Part shown: piece by piece, positions 38,641 through 47,687 of the stretch
Position numbering within the stretch: position 1 is the first letter of the stretch
Layout of the letters: each line of letters opens with the position of its first letter
Source of the DNA: an uncultured Oscillospiraceae bacterium
Lineage (GTDB): Bacteria; Bacillota; Clostridia; Christensenellales; CAG-314
DNA: 64,000 nt
Direction of reading: 5' to 3'
Assembly: GCA_964521735.1 (NCBI GenBank)
Contig: CAZFTO010000003.1
Location: forward strand, 983-64,982
The notes under the pieces: model-generated
Seen by the model: only the letters and a program-made list of their open reading frames with translations
Told to the model about the DNA's origin: nothing
Databases searched by the model: none
Program-made: the position numbers and the translations under genes

Positions 38641-38672
38641 AGGTGGCGCATTTTGCGTCGCCTTTATTTTTT
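38641..38672 (+). terminator. intrinsic terminator
   Basis: AGGTGGCGCA-TTT-TGCGTCGCCT 10-bp stem (two G-U pairs) followed by TTATTTTTT. Confidence 0.7.
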
Positions 38673-38777
38673 CCTGTTCGACCAAGCTTCTTTTGATTTT
38701 TTTTCATACGTTTGCAGTTTTTAGCGAAAAAACATAGTCTTTTTTTGCATTTTAATTGTTAAAGTTGGATAAAAGTG

Positions 38778-38806
38778 TTGAAAATAACATGATTTCATAG
38801 TATAAT
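38778..38806 (+). promoter_or_regulatory. sigma-A-type promoter for pdp
   Basis: TTGAAA, 17-nt spacer, TATAAT. Confidence 0.55.
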
Positions 38807-38856
38807 ATTATTTCGGTGAAAGTTGCCGAACACAATTGCTTTTTTAGGAGTGTGTT

Positions 38857-40170
38857 ATGACTATACTTGACGTAATTGAAAAGAAGAAAACCAGCCAAGA
38901 ACTATCCACGGAAGAAATTCGTTTTTTCGTTGATGGTTTTACTGACGGAAGCATTCCCGACTATCAAATTTCTGCGTTGCTTATGGCAATTTTGCTCAAC
39001 GGTATGACAGATAGGGAAACTTTTGATATGACTGATGCTATGTTGCACAGTGGCGATATTGTTGATATGTCGCGTTTGGGTGGCTTGGTGTGCGATAAGC
39101 ATTCTACTGGCGGTATTGGTGATAGCACAACGTTGGCGCTTGCGCCGATTTTAGCTTGCTGCGGAGTTTACGTTGCGAAAATGAGTGGCAGAGGCCTGGG
39201 TTTTACCGGTGGAACAATCGACAAGCTGGAAAGTATTCCTAATTTTGATACGGCGCTTTCGGAAGAAGAATTTTTCGACGTTGTTAAGCGCGTTGGTTGC
39301 GCTGTTATCGGACAAACAGCAAACCTTGCGCCTGCCGACAAAAAACTTTATGCTTTGCGCGACGTCACCGGAACGGTAAATTCTATTCCGCTTATTTGTG
39401 GCAGCATCATGAGCAAAAAGCTTGCTTCCGGTTCGGACGTTATTTTGCTTGACGTAAAATACGGAAGCGGTGCATTTATGCCCACAAAAGAAAGCGCATT
39501 GGAGCTTGCCGAAAAAATGGTGGAAATCGGTTCGAGAGCAGGCAAAAAGATTGGCGCGCTAATAACCGACATGGAGCAACCGCTATCTGACTATGTTGGA
39601 AATGCTCTGGAAGTTATTGGCATTGTTGAAGTGCTTAAAGGCGCGCATAGTCGTTTGTATCATGAAATTAAGGAAGTTGCAATAAAGCTACTGTGTCTAT
39701 CGGGCAAATACGACGAAACAGGTGCAGAAACCGCCTTCCAAGATGCCATCGATAGCGGAAGAGCATTGAACAAATTTGCCGAAATGGTCACCGCTCAACA
39801 CGGCGATGCCAGCTACGTTTTGCATCCCGAAAAGTTTGTTTTGGGCAAAAAAGTTGCAGTTTTTGCGCAAGCCGATGGATTTATCGATAGCATCAACGCA
39901 GCCGATATCGGCCGTGCCGTTACGTTGCTTGGCGGCGGCAGAATGAAAAAGGACGATGCAATAGATTTCTCTGTTGGCGTTGTTATGCACGTGGAATTGG
40001 GCTCGTGTGTGAAAAAAGGCGACGTACTCTGCGAAGTTTATCACAACGAAAAGGGCTTGGACGATGCAACAAAGTTGTTGCAAAATGCCATTCACGTTGG
40101 CGAAAAACAACCTGCGTCCCACAAAATTGCCTATGCCTACGTCTCGAAAGACGGTGTTCAGCTTTATTAA
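38857..40170 (+). CDS. pdp: pyrimidine-nucleoside phosphorylase
   Basis: AGGAG SD. ..IRFFVDGFTDGSIPDYQISALLMAI.. and ..DKHSTGGIGD.. are typical of thymidine/pyrimidine-nucleoside phosphorylases. Confidence 0.9.
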   Translation: MTILDVIEKKKTSQELSTEEIRFFVDGFTDGSIPDYQISALLMAILLNGMTDRETFDMTDAMLHSGDIVDMSRLGGLVCDKHSTGGIGDSTTLALAPILACCGVYVAKMSGRGLGFTGGTIDKLESIPNFDTALSEEEFFDVVKRVGCAVIGQTANLAPADKKLYALRDVTGTVNSIPLICGSIMSKKLASGSDVILLDVKYGSGAFMPTKESALELAEKMVEIGSRAGKKIGALITDMEQPLSDYVGNALEVIGIVEVLKGAHSRLYHEIKEVAIKLLCLSGKYDETGAETAFQDAIDSGRALNKFAEMVTAQHGDASYVLHPEKFVLGKKVAVFAQADGFIDSINAADIGRAVTLLGGGRMKKDDAIDFSVGVVMHVELGSCVKKGDVLCEVYHNEKGLDDATKLLQNAIHVGEKQPASHKIAYAYVSKDGVQLY

Positions 40171-40180
40171 CGGAGTTTTT

Positions 40181-40837
40181 ATGACTAATATTTTGTTGAA
40201 CTACTACAATTTTCACGAACCATGGGCACAAGGAAAATTCGAAAAGTATTTTCGGAATAAAAAAGTGCTTGTTATACCTCTTGCATTTAGAGAACGTGAC
40301 GTGTGGGATTCGGCCAGCTGGACATCCCTGTATGGCAAGGGTGGCGAAAAATACGAAAATATTTTGCGTCCGTTTTTGCACTTTGGCCAGTCCGAAAAGG
40401 ACGTGAAATGGCTAAATTGCTACGACATGGACGTTGATTTTCACAAACTTATTGCCGATGCTGACGTGTTGTTCTTTACAGGCGGCATGCCGGAAAAAGC
40501 AATTCGACGTTTGCACGAATTGAACATTGCCAGCGATGTGAAAAATTTTACTGGTGTTGTTGCTGGCGCTTCGGCCGGTGCAATGTTGCAATTGGAAAAG
40601 TATCACATAACTCCAGACGAAGATTATTCTCAATATTCTGTGGAAAACGGATTGGGAATGGTGTGCGGATTGGATTTGGAAGTGCACTTTTTGAACACCG
40701 ATTTGCAAAACGAGTGCACGAACCGAGCAATAAAACAGCTTGGTTTGCCCGTTTACCAAATGTGGCACGAAGGCGGAATTATTGTTGAAAATGGTGTGGT
40801 TACAACTGTTGGCAACGTTAAGCGTATTGACGCGTAG
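40181..40837 (+). CDS. peptidase S51 (peptidase E)-like protein, tentative
   Basis: ATG 40181; the ORF-track Met 40064 overlaps pdp. [14 protein letters not shown] and [10 protein letters not shown] resemble the S51 GGN/SAG nucleophile motifs. Confidence 0.5.
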   Translation: MTNILLNYYNFHEPWAQGKFEKYFRNKKVLVIPLAFRERDVWDSASWTSLYGKGGEKYENILRPFLHFGQSEKDVKWLNCYDMDVDFHKLIADADVLFFTGGMPEKAIRRLHELNIASDVKNFTGVVAGASAGAMLQLEKYHITPDEDYSQYSVENGLGMVCGLDLEVHFLNTDLQNECTNRAIKQLGLPVYQMWHEGGIIVENGVVTTVGNVKRIDA

Positions 40838-40863
40838 ATTCATTTCTGTGTTGGAGAAAACAA

Positions 40864-41439
40864 ATGTCTAAAAAGTTGGGTTATTTCCAATCAATTAAGC
40901 AACGCGACCCTGCGGCAAGAAATTCGCTAGTGATTTTCTTAACATACCCAGGGGTGCACGCCCTTATTCGGTATAGGATTGCTAGGTTTTTCTATAAAAT
41001 TCATTTTAGATTTTTTGCAAGCCTAATTTCCGCATGGAGTCGTTTTTTGACGGGCATAGAAATTCATCCTGGTGCAAAAATTGGCAAAAATTTGTTTATT
41101 GATCATGGACATGGTGTTGTGATAGGCGAAACTTCCGTGATTGGCGATAACTGCACAATCTATCAAAACGCAACGTTGGGCGGAACGGGCAAGGAACACA
41201 ACAAGCGGCATCCCACCCTTAAAAACAATGTAATTATCGGTGCCGGCGCCAAAGTTTTGGGAAATATTACTATTGGAAACAACGTGAAAGTTGGCGCAAA
41301 TGCCGTTGTTTTGAAGGATGTTCCCGATGATTGCACCGTTGTTGGCGTGGGGCGTATTGTTAACGCAAAAACGCAGGAAAGTTGTCCCGTGGATTGCGAA
41401 GACTGCGCAAACAAAGATATTTGCTATAAAGAACATTAG
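40864..41439 (+). CDS. cysE: serine O-acetyltransferase
   Basis: ..[66 protein letters not shown].. gives the hexapeptide-repeat CysE signature. Confidence 0.9.
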   Translation: MSKKLGYFQSIKQRDPAARNSLVIFLTYPGVHALIRYRIARFFYKIHFRFFASLISAWSRFLTGIEIHPGAKIGKNLFIDHGHGVVIGETSVIGDNCTIYQNATLGGTGKEHNKRHPTLKNNVIIGAGAKVLGNITIGNNVKVGANAVVLKDVPDDCTVVGVGRIVNAKTQESCPVDCEDCANKDICYKEH

Positions 41440-41499
41440 TCTTTTCAGTTTTATTTTAGCAAACTGACTTATAATTTAAGAGTTAAGGAGAACACATAT

Positions 41500-42357
41500 A
41501 TGAGAATCAAAGTAACTGCGGATAGCACTTGCGACCTTTCACAAGAGTTGGTACAAAAATATGACGTTGGCATTTTGCCTTTGTACGTGGCACTTGGAGA
41601 AAGAAACCTTCTGGATGGCGAAACCATTTCTCCCGAAGATATTTACGATTTCTACAAAACCACAAAACAACTGCCAAAATCTGGTGCACGCAGCGCCTAC
41701 GACTATGAAGAATTTTTTAAATCCTTTTTAGATAACGGCTACGACGCAGTTGTTCACTTCAATATTTCCGCAGAAATGTCTTCATCGCACAACAATGCGT
41801 GCGTTGCAGCTGGAAGATTGCAAAATGTCTACGTTGTCGATTCCCGCAGCCTTTCCACAGGAACAGGTTTGTTGGTTTTGGATGCTTGCGATATGGCAGC
41901 AGCAGGGATGCCCGTAGAAGATATTGTTGCAAGAGCAAATAAACGCAAAGAAGCAGTGCAAGCTTCTTTCATTATTGACTCGCTGGAATTTCTTTTCAAA
42001 GGCGGCAGATGTTCTTCGCTGGCATATTTCGGGGCCAACTTGTTGCATATCAACCCCAGCATTTTGGTTTCTAACGGCAAAATGGATACATGGAAAAAGC
42101 GTCCGGGACGCTATGAGCGTTGCATAGATAAGTACGTTGAGGCTGTTAAAGAAAACTTCACAACTCCGGATAAAAAACGTTGCTTCGTTACGCACACCAA
42201 AATGGAAGATGGCCTTACCGAGAGAGTTGTTGATGCAGTTAAGTCTTGGGGTATATTTGACGAAGTTTTGGATACAACTGCAGGCTGCACGGTAACAAGC
42301 CACTGTGGCGCAAATACTATTGGTGTTTTGTTTATTAACGATGGCGGCGTTGAATAA
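41500..42357 (+). CDS. DegV-family fatty-acid-binding protein
   Basis: AAGGAG SD. MRIKVTADSTCDLSQELVQKYDVGILPLYV is a typical DegV N-terminus. Confidence 0.85.
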   Translation: MRIKVTADSTCDLSQELVQKYDVGILPLYVALGERNLLDGETISPEDIYDFYKTTKQLPKSGARSAYDYEEFFKSFLDNGYDAVVHFNISAEMSSSHNNACVAAGRLQNVYVVDSRSLSTGTGLLVLDACDMAAAGMPVEDIVARANKRKEAVQASFIIDSLEFLFKGGRCSSLAYFGANLLHINPSILVSNGKMDTWKKRPGRYERCIDKYVEAVKENFTTPDKKRCFVTHTKMEDGLTERVVDAVKSWGIFDEVLDTTAGCTVTSHCGANTIGVLFINDGGVE

Positions 42358-42420
42358 TTAACAACAAAAACGGCCACGCTGTGAAAACAAAAGTTTAGAT
42401 TAAAATTAAATTGATCAATA

Positions 42421-42453
42421 AAAAGAGTTCGGTATTGCACCGAACTCTTTTTT
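42421..42453. terminator. bidirectional-type intrinsic terminator after degV (copy 1 of a duplicated hairpin)
   Basis: AAAAGAGTTCGG-TATTGCA-CCGAACTCTTTT, with an A-run upstream and a T-run downstream. Confidence 0.8.
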
Positions 42454-42881
42454 AATTATCATGATATGTTTGCTTTTGACTAGCATTTTTTTTACTTTTG
42501 AAGTGTTGTTTCTTGTTAAAAACAATAAGTTTTTGTTTTGCTTGCAGTGAATAAAAACTTTGCCGTATTACATATTTGAAGTGCAAAACGATAGTTTTTG
42601 CAAAGATTTTGCTGAATGTCAAAAAATTTGGTTTGTATGGTTTATAATAATATAAGTTTTGCCTGTATGCGCCTAAGGCATGCGCAAGCAACAGTTCGCA
42701 GTTTTATATGTTGAAGCACAAAACCATATTTTTTAGTTGAACGCCAGTTTTAAATGATGCCGCTATGCGAAAAATATTCTTTGTTTATTGCACAAAAAAT
42801 TGCACGTTTTAGCAGGTGCATTTAGCCTTCTTATACTTAAAAAAGAATATACTCATTGCACGATAAATATAGTAAAACAGT

Positions 42882-43343
42882 ATGATTAAAGCAAATTTCA
42901 AAAACATTGCAATGTCTTTGCTGATTTTGCTAGTTGTTGTTTGCGGCCTATCGGTACTGGATGGCGTTTGGCAAGCTAGCAGCGAAGAAAGCACTAAAAT
43001 TCGCGTGACAGTGGTGGATTTGTTTGATAAGCCTGTTCACAATGCGGAAGTTTGTATTGGCGATTTGGTGTTTTTGACGGATAACAAGGGGCTGTCGCCC
43101 ACAATTGAACTTGTTGACTTGCAAAATGCCTACGATGCCACAATTTCTTCGTGGTACACGGTGACGGTGGTTGCAAAAAAGGATGGTTTTGTGCCCGCTG
43201 TCGTTGTTAATTGTGTGGTGTACCACGCGCAAACAAGGTGGCTAACAATAAAGTTGTATCAAAAGGACGAAAGTGATTTGCCCTTTGTTTGCTACGTGGA
43301 AAGCCCTCCCAACGATTATTTGCAAAACTTGGTTACAAAATGA
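42882..43343 (+). CDS. hypothetical membrane-anchored protein with a carboxypeptidase-regulatory-like beta domain
   Basis: It has an N-terminal TM or signal anchor (MSLLILLVVVCGLSVL). ..IRVTVVDLFDKPVHNAEVCIGDLVFLTDNKGLSP.. and ..YTVTVVAKKDGFVP.. resemble CarboxypepD_reg-like folds. There is no clear SD. Confidence 0.5.
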   Translation: MIKANFKNIAMSLLILLVVVCGLSVLDGVWQASSEESTKIRVTVVDLFDKPVHNAEVCIGDLVFLTDNKGLSPTIELVDLQNAYDATISSWYTVTVVAKKDGFVPAVVVNCVVYHAQTRWLTIKLYQKDESDLPFVCYVESPPNDYLQNLVTK

Positions 43344-43374
43344 GGCGGCGGAAAGGTTACTAAACTACACAAAA

Positions 43375-43404
43375 AAAAGAGTTCGGAACTTCCCGAACTC
43401 TTTT
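43375..43404. terminator. bidirectional terminator between convergent genes (copy 2 of a duplicated hairpin)
   Basis: AAAAGAGTTCGG-AACTTC-CCGAACTCTTTT, with A8 upstream (a T-run for the minus-strand GH13 gene). Confidence 0.8.
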
Positions 43405-43419
43405 GGGATAGCGTAAATG

Positions 43420-45093
43420 CTATTTCTTTTTGAAAACAATTGTTTCGTATGGACGCAAAACAGTGTTTTGCAATGTTGGGATGCTGCTTGGGTAGTTGCT
43501 TGTTTCTTGGCAGTAACTGCCATCCAACAGTTTTTTTGGCAATTTTAGCTTTTTAGCGGTAAGAGAAAAGTTTGCAACAACAATCAACTCGCCGAATTCG
43601 CTGTTACGCTTGTAGCACAAAATGTGCTTGCTTTTGGGCAGCACGTCTTCGTAGCTGCCATAGATAAACGCCTTGTCGCTTTTGCGCAACGCAATAAGTT
43701 TTTTGTAGTAGTGCAAAACGGAATTTGGATCTTCTTCGGCTGCTGCTGCATTTATTTCAGTGTAGGCGGGGTTTACTTTTAGCCAAGTTGTTTCGCCGTC
43801 GGTGAACCCTGCGTTTGGTGAATTGTTCCATTGCATGGGCACGCGCGCGTTGTCTCTAGAACAATACGCAACGTTTTTCATCGCTTTTCGTTTACCAAAG
43901 ACTTTTTTAAGCAGTTTGTAACTTCTTATGGATTCTACGTCCTGATAGTCGTTTATGTCGCGCATTTTTGGGGACGTAGTGCCAAATTCTTGACCTTGAT
44001 AGATAAATGGGGTGCCAGAAAGGGTCATCAAAACAGTTGCCAGCATCTTTGCGCCTTCTATTCTGTGCTTGGTTGCCGAACAGTAGCGGCCAACAATTCT
44101 TGCTTGGTCGTGGTTTTCAAAATATAGCGTGTTCCAAGCTTTGCCGTACAATCCGTGTTGCCAAGTGGTGAAACATTTTTTAAGTTGTCTCAAACTGAAC
44201 GGCTTAACAAGCTGTTTCACGCCAAAATAGTTGTCAGCCGAAACGTGGTCAAACGCAAAGACGGTATCTAGCAGCGGATTGTTTTCGTTGGTGTAACGAA
44301 GTGCTTTTGGCACGTCGATGAACACGCTTTCACCAACGGTAAAAGCGTCGTATTCTTTAAGCACTTCCTGAATTTGCCCAAGCAGTTCTTCCATTCGTGG
44401 GCCGTCCATGTAGTGTTCGCTGCCAGTAAGCGCAATGGAGGGTTTGCCGTTGGGCAACCCCGGTGTTTTGGATAGCAGTGTTATAACGTCGCAACGGAAG
44501 CCGTCAACCCCTTTATCCAACCAGAATCGCAGTATCTTGCGAATTTCTTCCATAACTTTGGGATTGAAATAGTTAAGGTCGGGTTGGTTTTCGTCAAACA
44601 GATGCAAATACCATTGTTTGGTTGTTTCGTCATATTTCCAGGCACTGCCCAAAAAGAAACTCGTCCAGTTGTTGGGAGGTTTTTTGCCGTCTTTGCCTCT
44701 TCCGTCCTGCCAGTAGTAGAAGTCGCGGTAGGGGTTGTCCTTAGACGAGCGACTTTCCATAAACCATGCGTGTTTGTCGCTTGTGTGGTTAATTACTAGA
44801 TCCATAATTACTTTTATGCCACGCTTGTGCAACAAACTTAGCATTTCGTCAAAATCGTCCATTGTGCCGTATTCTGGGTTGATAGCCGTGTAGTCGGAAA
44901 TATCATAGCCGTAGTCGGCGTTAGGGCTGGCGTAAAGTGGAGAAAACCAAATTGCGTCAATGCCCAAATCGGCTAAGTAGTCTATTTTGGAAATTATGCC
45001 TCGAATATCGCCAATGCCGTCGCCGTTGGAATCTTTGAAGCTGCGCGGATATATTTGGTAAAATATACTTTCTTTATACCATTTGTTTTGCAT
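43420..45093 (-). CDS. GH13 alpha-glucosidase / oligo-1,6-glucosidase family
   Basis: GAGGTG SD. It has the canonical N-terminus MQNKWYKESIFYQIYPRSFKDSNGDGIGDIRGI..DYLADLGIDAIWFSP, plus VINHTS, GFRCDV and ENHDQ motifs. Confidence 0.9.
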   Translation of the reverse strand: MQNKWYKESIFYQIYPRSFKDSNGDGIGDIRGIISKIDYLADLGIDAIWFSPLYASPNADYGYDISDYTAINPEYGTMDDFDEMLSLLHKRGIKVIMDLVINHTSDKHAWFMESRSSKDNPYRDFYYWQDGRGKDGKKPPNNWTSFFLGSAWKYDETTKQWYLHLFDENQPDLNYFNPKVMEEIRKILRFWLDKGVDGFRCDVITLLSKTPGLPNGKPSIALTGSEHYMDGPRMEELLGQIQEVLKEYDAFTVGESVFIDVPKALRYTNENNPLLDTVFAFDHVSADNYFGVKQLVKPFSLRQLKKCFTTWQHGLYGKAWNTLYFENHDQARIVGRYCSATKHRIEGAKMLATVLMTLSGTPFIYQGQEFGTTSPKMRDINDYQDVESIRSYKLLKKVFGKRKAMKNVAYCSRDNARVPMQWNNSPNAGFTDGETTWLKVNPAYTEINAAAAEEDPNSVLHYYKKLIALRKSDKAFIYGSYEDVLPKSKHILCYKRNSEFGELIVVANFSLTAKKLKLPKKLLDGSYCQETSNYPSSIPTLQNTVLRPYETIVFKKK

Positions 45094-45193
45094 TTTTTCA
45101 CCTCTGATACTTATTATATCCTATTTGTTTTCATATTTCAATAGCTAGTTTCATTTTGATTCTATAAGTTTTTGCGGCAACAGCACCCCAACA

Positions 45194-45215
45194 TAAATAT
45201 TATATATAATATTTA
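45194..45215. other. 22-bp perfect A/T palindrome in a divergent promoter region
   Basis: TAAATATTATATATAATATTTA equals its own reverse complement. It lies between the GH13 (minus) and GH3 (plus) starts. Confidence 0.6.
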
Positions 45216-45291
45216 ATCATTTTTTTGCAGTACAACGCTACACAATAATTACAATGTGTGCTAAAATATACTGTGGGATTATGGTGATTAC

Positions 45292-47664
45292 ATGAACGAA
45301 AACGTTTCTAAACTGACACTAGAAGAAAAAGCGTTGCTAACAAACGGCAACGGCCAGTGGCGCACTCATGCAGTTACAGGCATTCCAACAATTGTTATGT
45401 CGGATGGTCCGCACGGTTTGCGCAAGCAGGACGATGCTTGTTCCATAAATGACAGTGTGAAAGCTACTTGTTTTCCCACTGCGTGTGCGGTGGCTTCGTC
45501 GTGGAACGTGGATAACGCAAACAAGGTTGCGCATGCTATTGCCGACGAGGCTATCGAACAAAACGTTTCGCTTGTTCTTGGGCCCGGGGTCAACATTAAA
45601 CGAAGTCCGTTGTGCGGCCGAAATTTCGAATATTTTTCGGAAGATCCAACTTTGGCCGGACACATGGCGAACGCATATGTCGGTTCGATGCAATCGGATG
45701 GAGTAGGGTGCTGTTTGAAGCATTTTGCTGCTAACAGCCAAGAAACTAGACGTATGACTGTTGATGCGATTGTGGATGAGCGAGCTCTTCGCGAAATCTA
45801 TTTGGCCGCCTTTGAATACGTTGTGAAAAATTCGCAGCCCTATTCCATTATGGCTAGCTACAACAAAATTAACGGCCACTATTCAACGCAAAACAAATGG
45901 TTGCTTACCGACGTTTTGCGCAACGAATGGGGGTTCGAGGGTGCAGTTGTTTCCGATTGGGGAGCATGCTACAACACACCGAGTGCAATTGCTGCCGGCA
46001 TGGATTTGGAAATGCCTGCCGATAAGGAAGGGTATCACCGTCAAACTGTTGTTAATGCCGTGCAAAACGGAACGCTATCCGTTGAACACTTGGATGCTGC
46101 TTGCGAACACGTAGAAAACCTTGTTCGCAGGTGCAATTTAGTGGAAAAACACTCAAAAACTTCGCTAGAACAACGGCAAAAGCTTTGTCGTGAAGTTGCA
46201 GCAGACAGCGCAGTGTTGTTGAAAAACAACGACTTGTTGCCACTGGATGCAACAACGGATTTTTGCGTGATTGGCGAGCTGGCAGAAAAGCCACGATACC
46301 AAGGCGCAGGAAGCAGCCACATAAATTCCCAGTGCAAAAACTTTTTGCAGGTGCTTGCCGATAACGGAATGGATGCAAGCTATGCTAAAGGCTATCACGT
46401 TGCAAGCGACGTTGTCAACGAAAAATTGCAATCGGAAGCGCTTGCTTTGGCACAAAAACACAAAGTTGTTTTGTTTTTCGGTGGATTGACGGATAACTAC
46501 GAAGGTGAAGGCTACGACAGAACGCACCTTGCCATACCCACAAACCAACAAGTGCTATTGCAAAAGTTGAAAGAAGTTGGTTGCCGCATTGCGTTTGTTG
46601 CGTTTGGCGGAGCACCGTTTGAAATGCCGTGGTTAGATGGTGTAGATGCTCTTCTTAACATGTATCTTGGCGGCGAAGCAGTTATGCAAGCGGCCTACGA
46701 TTTGGTGTTTGGCGCAGTGTCTCCAAGTGGACGATTGGCCGAAACCTATCCTTTGAAGTTGCAAGATACGCCGTGTTTCAACTATTTTGCTTGCGACCGA
46801 TATTTTGATCAGCACAGGGAAAGCATTTTTGTTGGATATCGCTATTACGACACTTTTAACGTTCCGGTGCTTTTCCCGTTTGGGTATGGCTTGTCTTATT
46901 CGCAGTTTTCCTACGAAAATTTGGCGGTCAACAAAATTGGCGACGGTTTTTCCGTGGAAGTTACCGTTAAAAACGTTGGAAATTGCAAAGCGTCCGAAGT
47001 GGTGCAGCTCTACGTTGATAATTGCAGTTGCGGTCGTATGCGTCCAAGAAGAGAACTGCGTGCGTTTGGCAAGGTGCTTTTGGATGTTGGCGAAGCAACA
47101 AGTGTCAAGTTCAACTTGTCAAGCAGGGATTTTTCCATTTGTGAAGGTGGCAAATTTGTTGCCATCAACGGAAAATACGGAATTTCCATTTGCAAAAACG
47201 TTGTCGAAACGTTGCTGACTGCGGAAGTAGACGTAGATTTTGGCATAAATTTGACGATCGACGACACAAAAGAACTTTGCGACTATTTCCAAAGGACCAA
47301 CGAAACTTTTAAGGTTTGTGACGAGCAGTTTGAAAAACTAACAGGTTTTAGTCGTCCCGACGTTAAGCCATCGAAGCGTGGCGAATTTACCATGCTTAAC
47401 ACTTTTGAGGATATGAGCAACGTCGGATTGGTTCGCTTGTTGGTTTGGACTCTTAAACGGCATGCGATAAAGGGCTCGCCGACAAAATCGGCAAACGATC
47501 CTGTTGTGCAAATGCTTGTAAATGGAGCCAAGCAAACGCCACTTATTTCCATGATGAGCGTCGGAAAGGTTAACGCACGATACGTGAAGTTCATATTATA
47601 TCACGCAAATAAAAAACATTTCAAGGCGCTAAAAGCTTTGTTTGGAAAATATACACTAGATTAG
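45292..47664 (+). CDS. GH3 beta-glucosidase family protein
   Basis: ..MSDGPHGLRKQ.. together with ..CLKHFAANSQE.. and the ..VVSDWGA.. nucleophile region. The C-terminal GH3 and Fn3-like domains fit the 790-aa length. Confidence 0.9.
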   Translation: MNENVSKLTLEEKALLTNGNGQWRTHAVTGIPTIVMSDGPHGLRKQDDACSINDSVKATCFPTACAVASSWNVDNANKVAHAIADEAIEQNVSLVLGPGVNIKRSPLCGRNFEYFSEDPTLAGHMANAYVGSMQSDGVGCCLKHFAANSQETRRMTVDAIVDERALREIYLAAFEYVVKNSQPYSIMASYNKINGHYSTQNKWLLTDVLRNEWGFEGAVVSDWGACYNTPSAIAAGMDLEMPADKEGYHRQTVVNAVQNGTLSVEHLDAACEHVENLVRRCNLVEKHSKTSLEQRQKLCREVAADSAVLLKNNDLLPLDATTDFCVIGELAEKPRYQGAGSSHINSQCKNFLQVLADNGMDASYAKGYHVASDVVNEKLQSEALALAQKHKVVLFFGGLTDNYEGEGYDRTHLAIPTNQQVLLQKLKEVGCRIAFVAFGGAPFEMPWLDGVDALLNMYLGGEAVMQAAYDLVFGAVSPSGRLAETYPLKLQDTPCFNYFACDRYFDQHRESIFVGYRYYDTFNVPVLFPFGYGLSYSQFSYENLAVNKIGDGFSVEVTVKNVGNCKASEVVQLYVDNCSCGRMRPRRELRAFGKVLLDVGEATSVKFNLSSRDFSICEGGKFVAINGKYGISICKNVVETLLTAEVDVDFGINLTIDDTKELCDYFQRTNETFKVCDEQFEKLTGFSRPDVKPSKRGEFTMLNTFEDMSNVGLVRLLVWTLKRHAIKGSPTKSANDPVVQMLVNGAKQTPLISMMSVGKVNARYVKFILYHANKKHFKALKALFGKYTLD

Positions 47665-47687
47665 TAGTAGGAGTTTAATCTAAAAAT

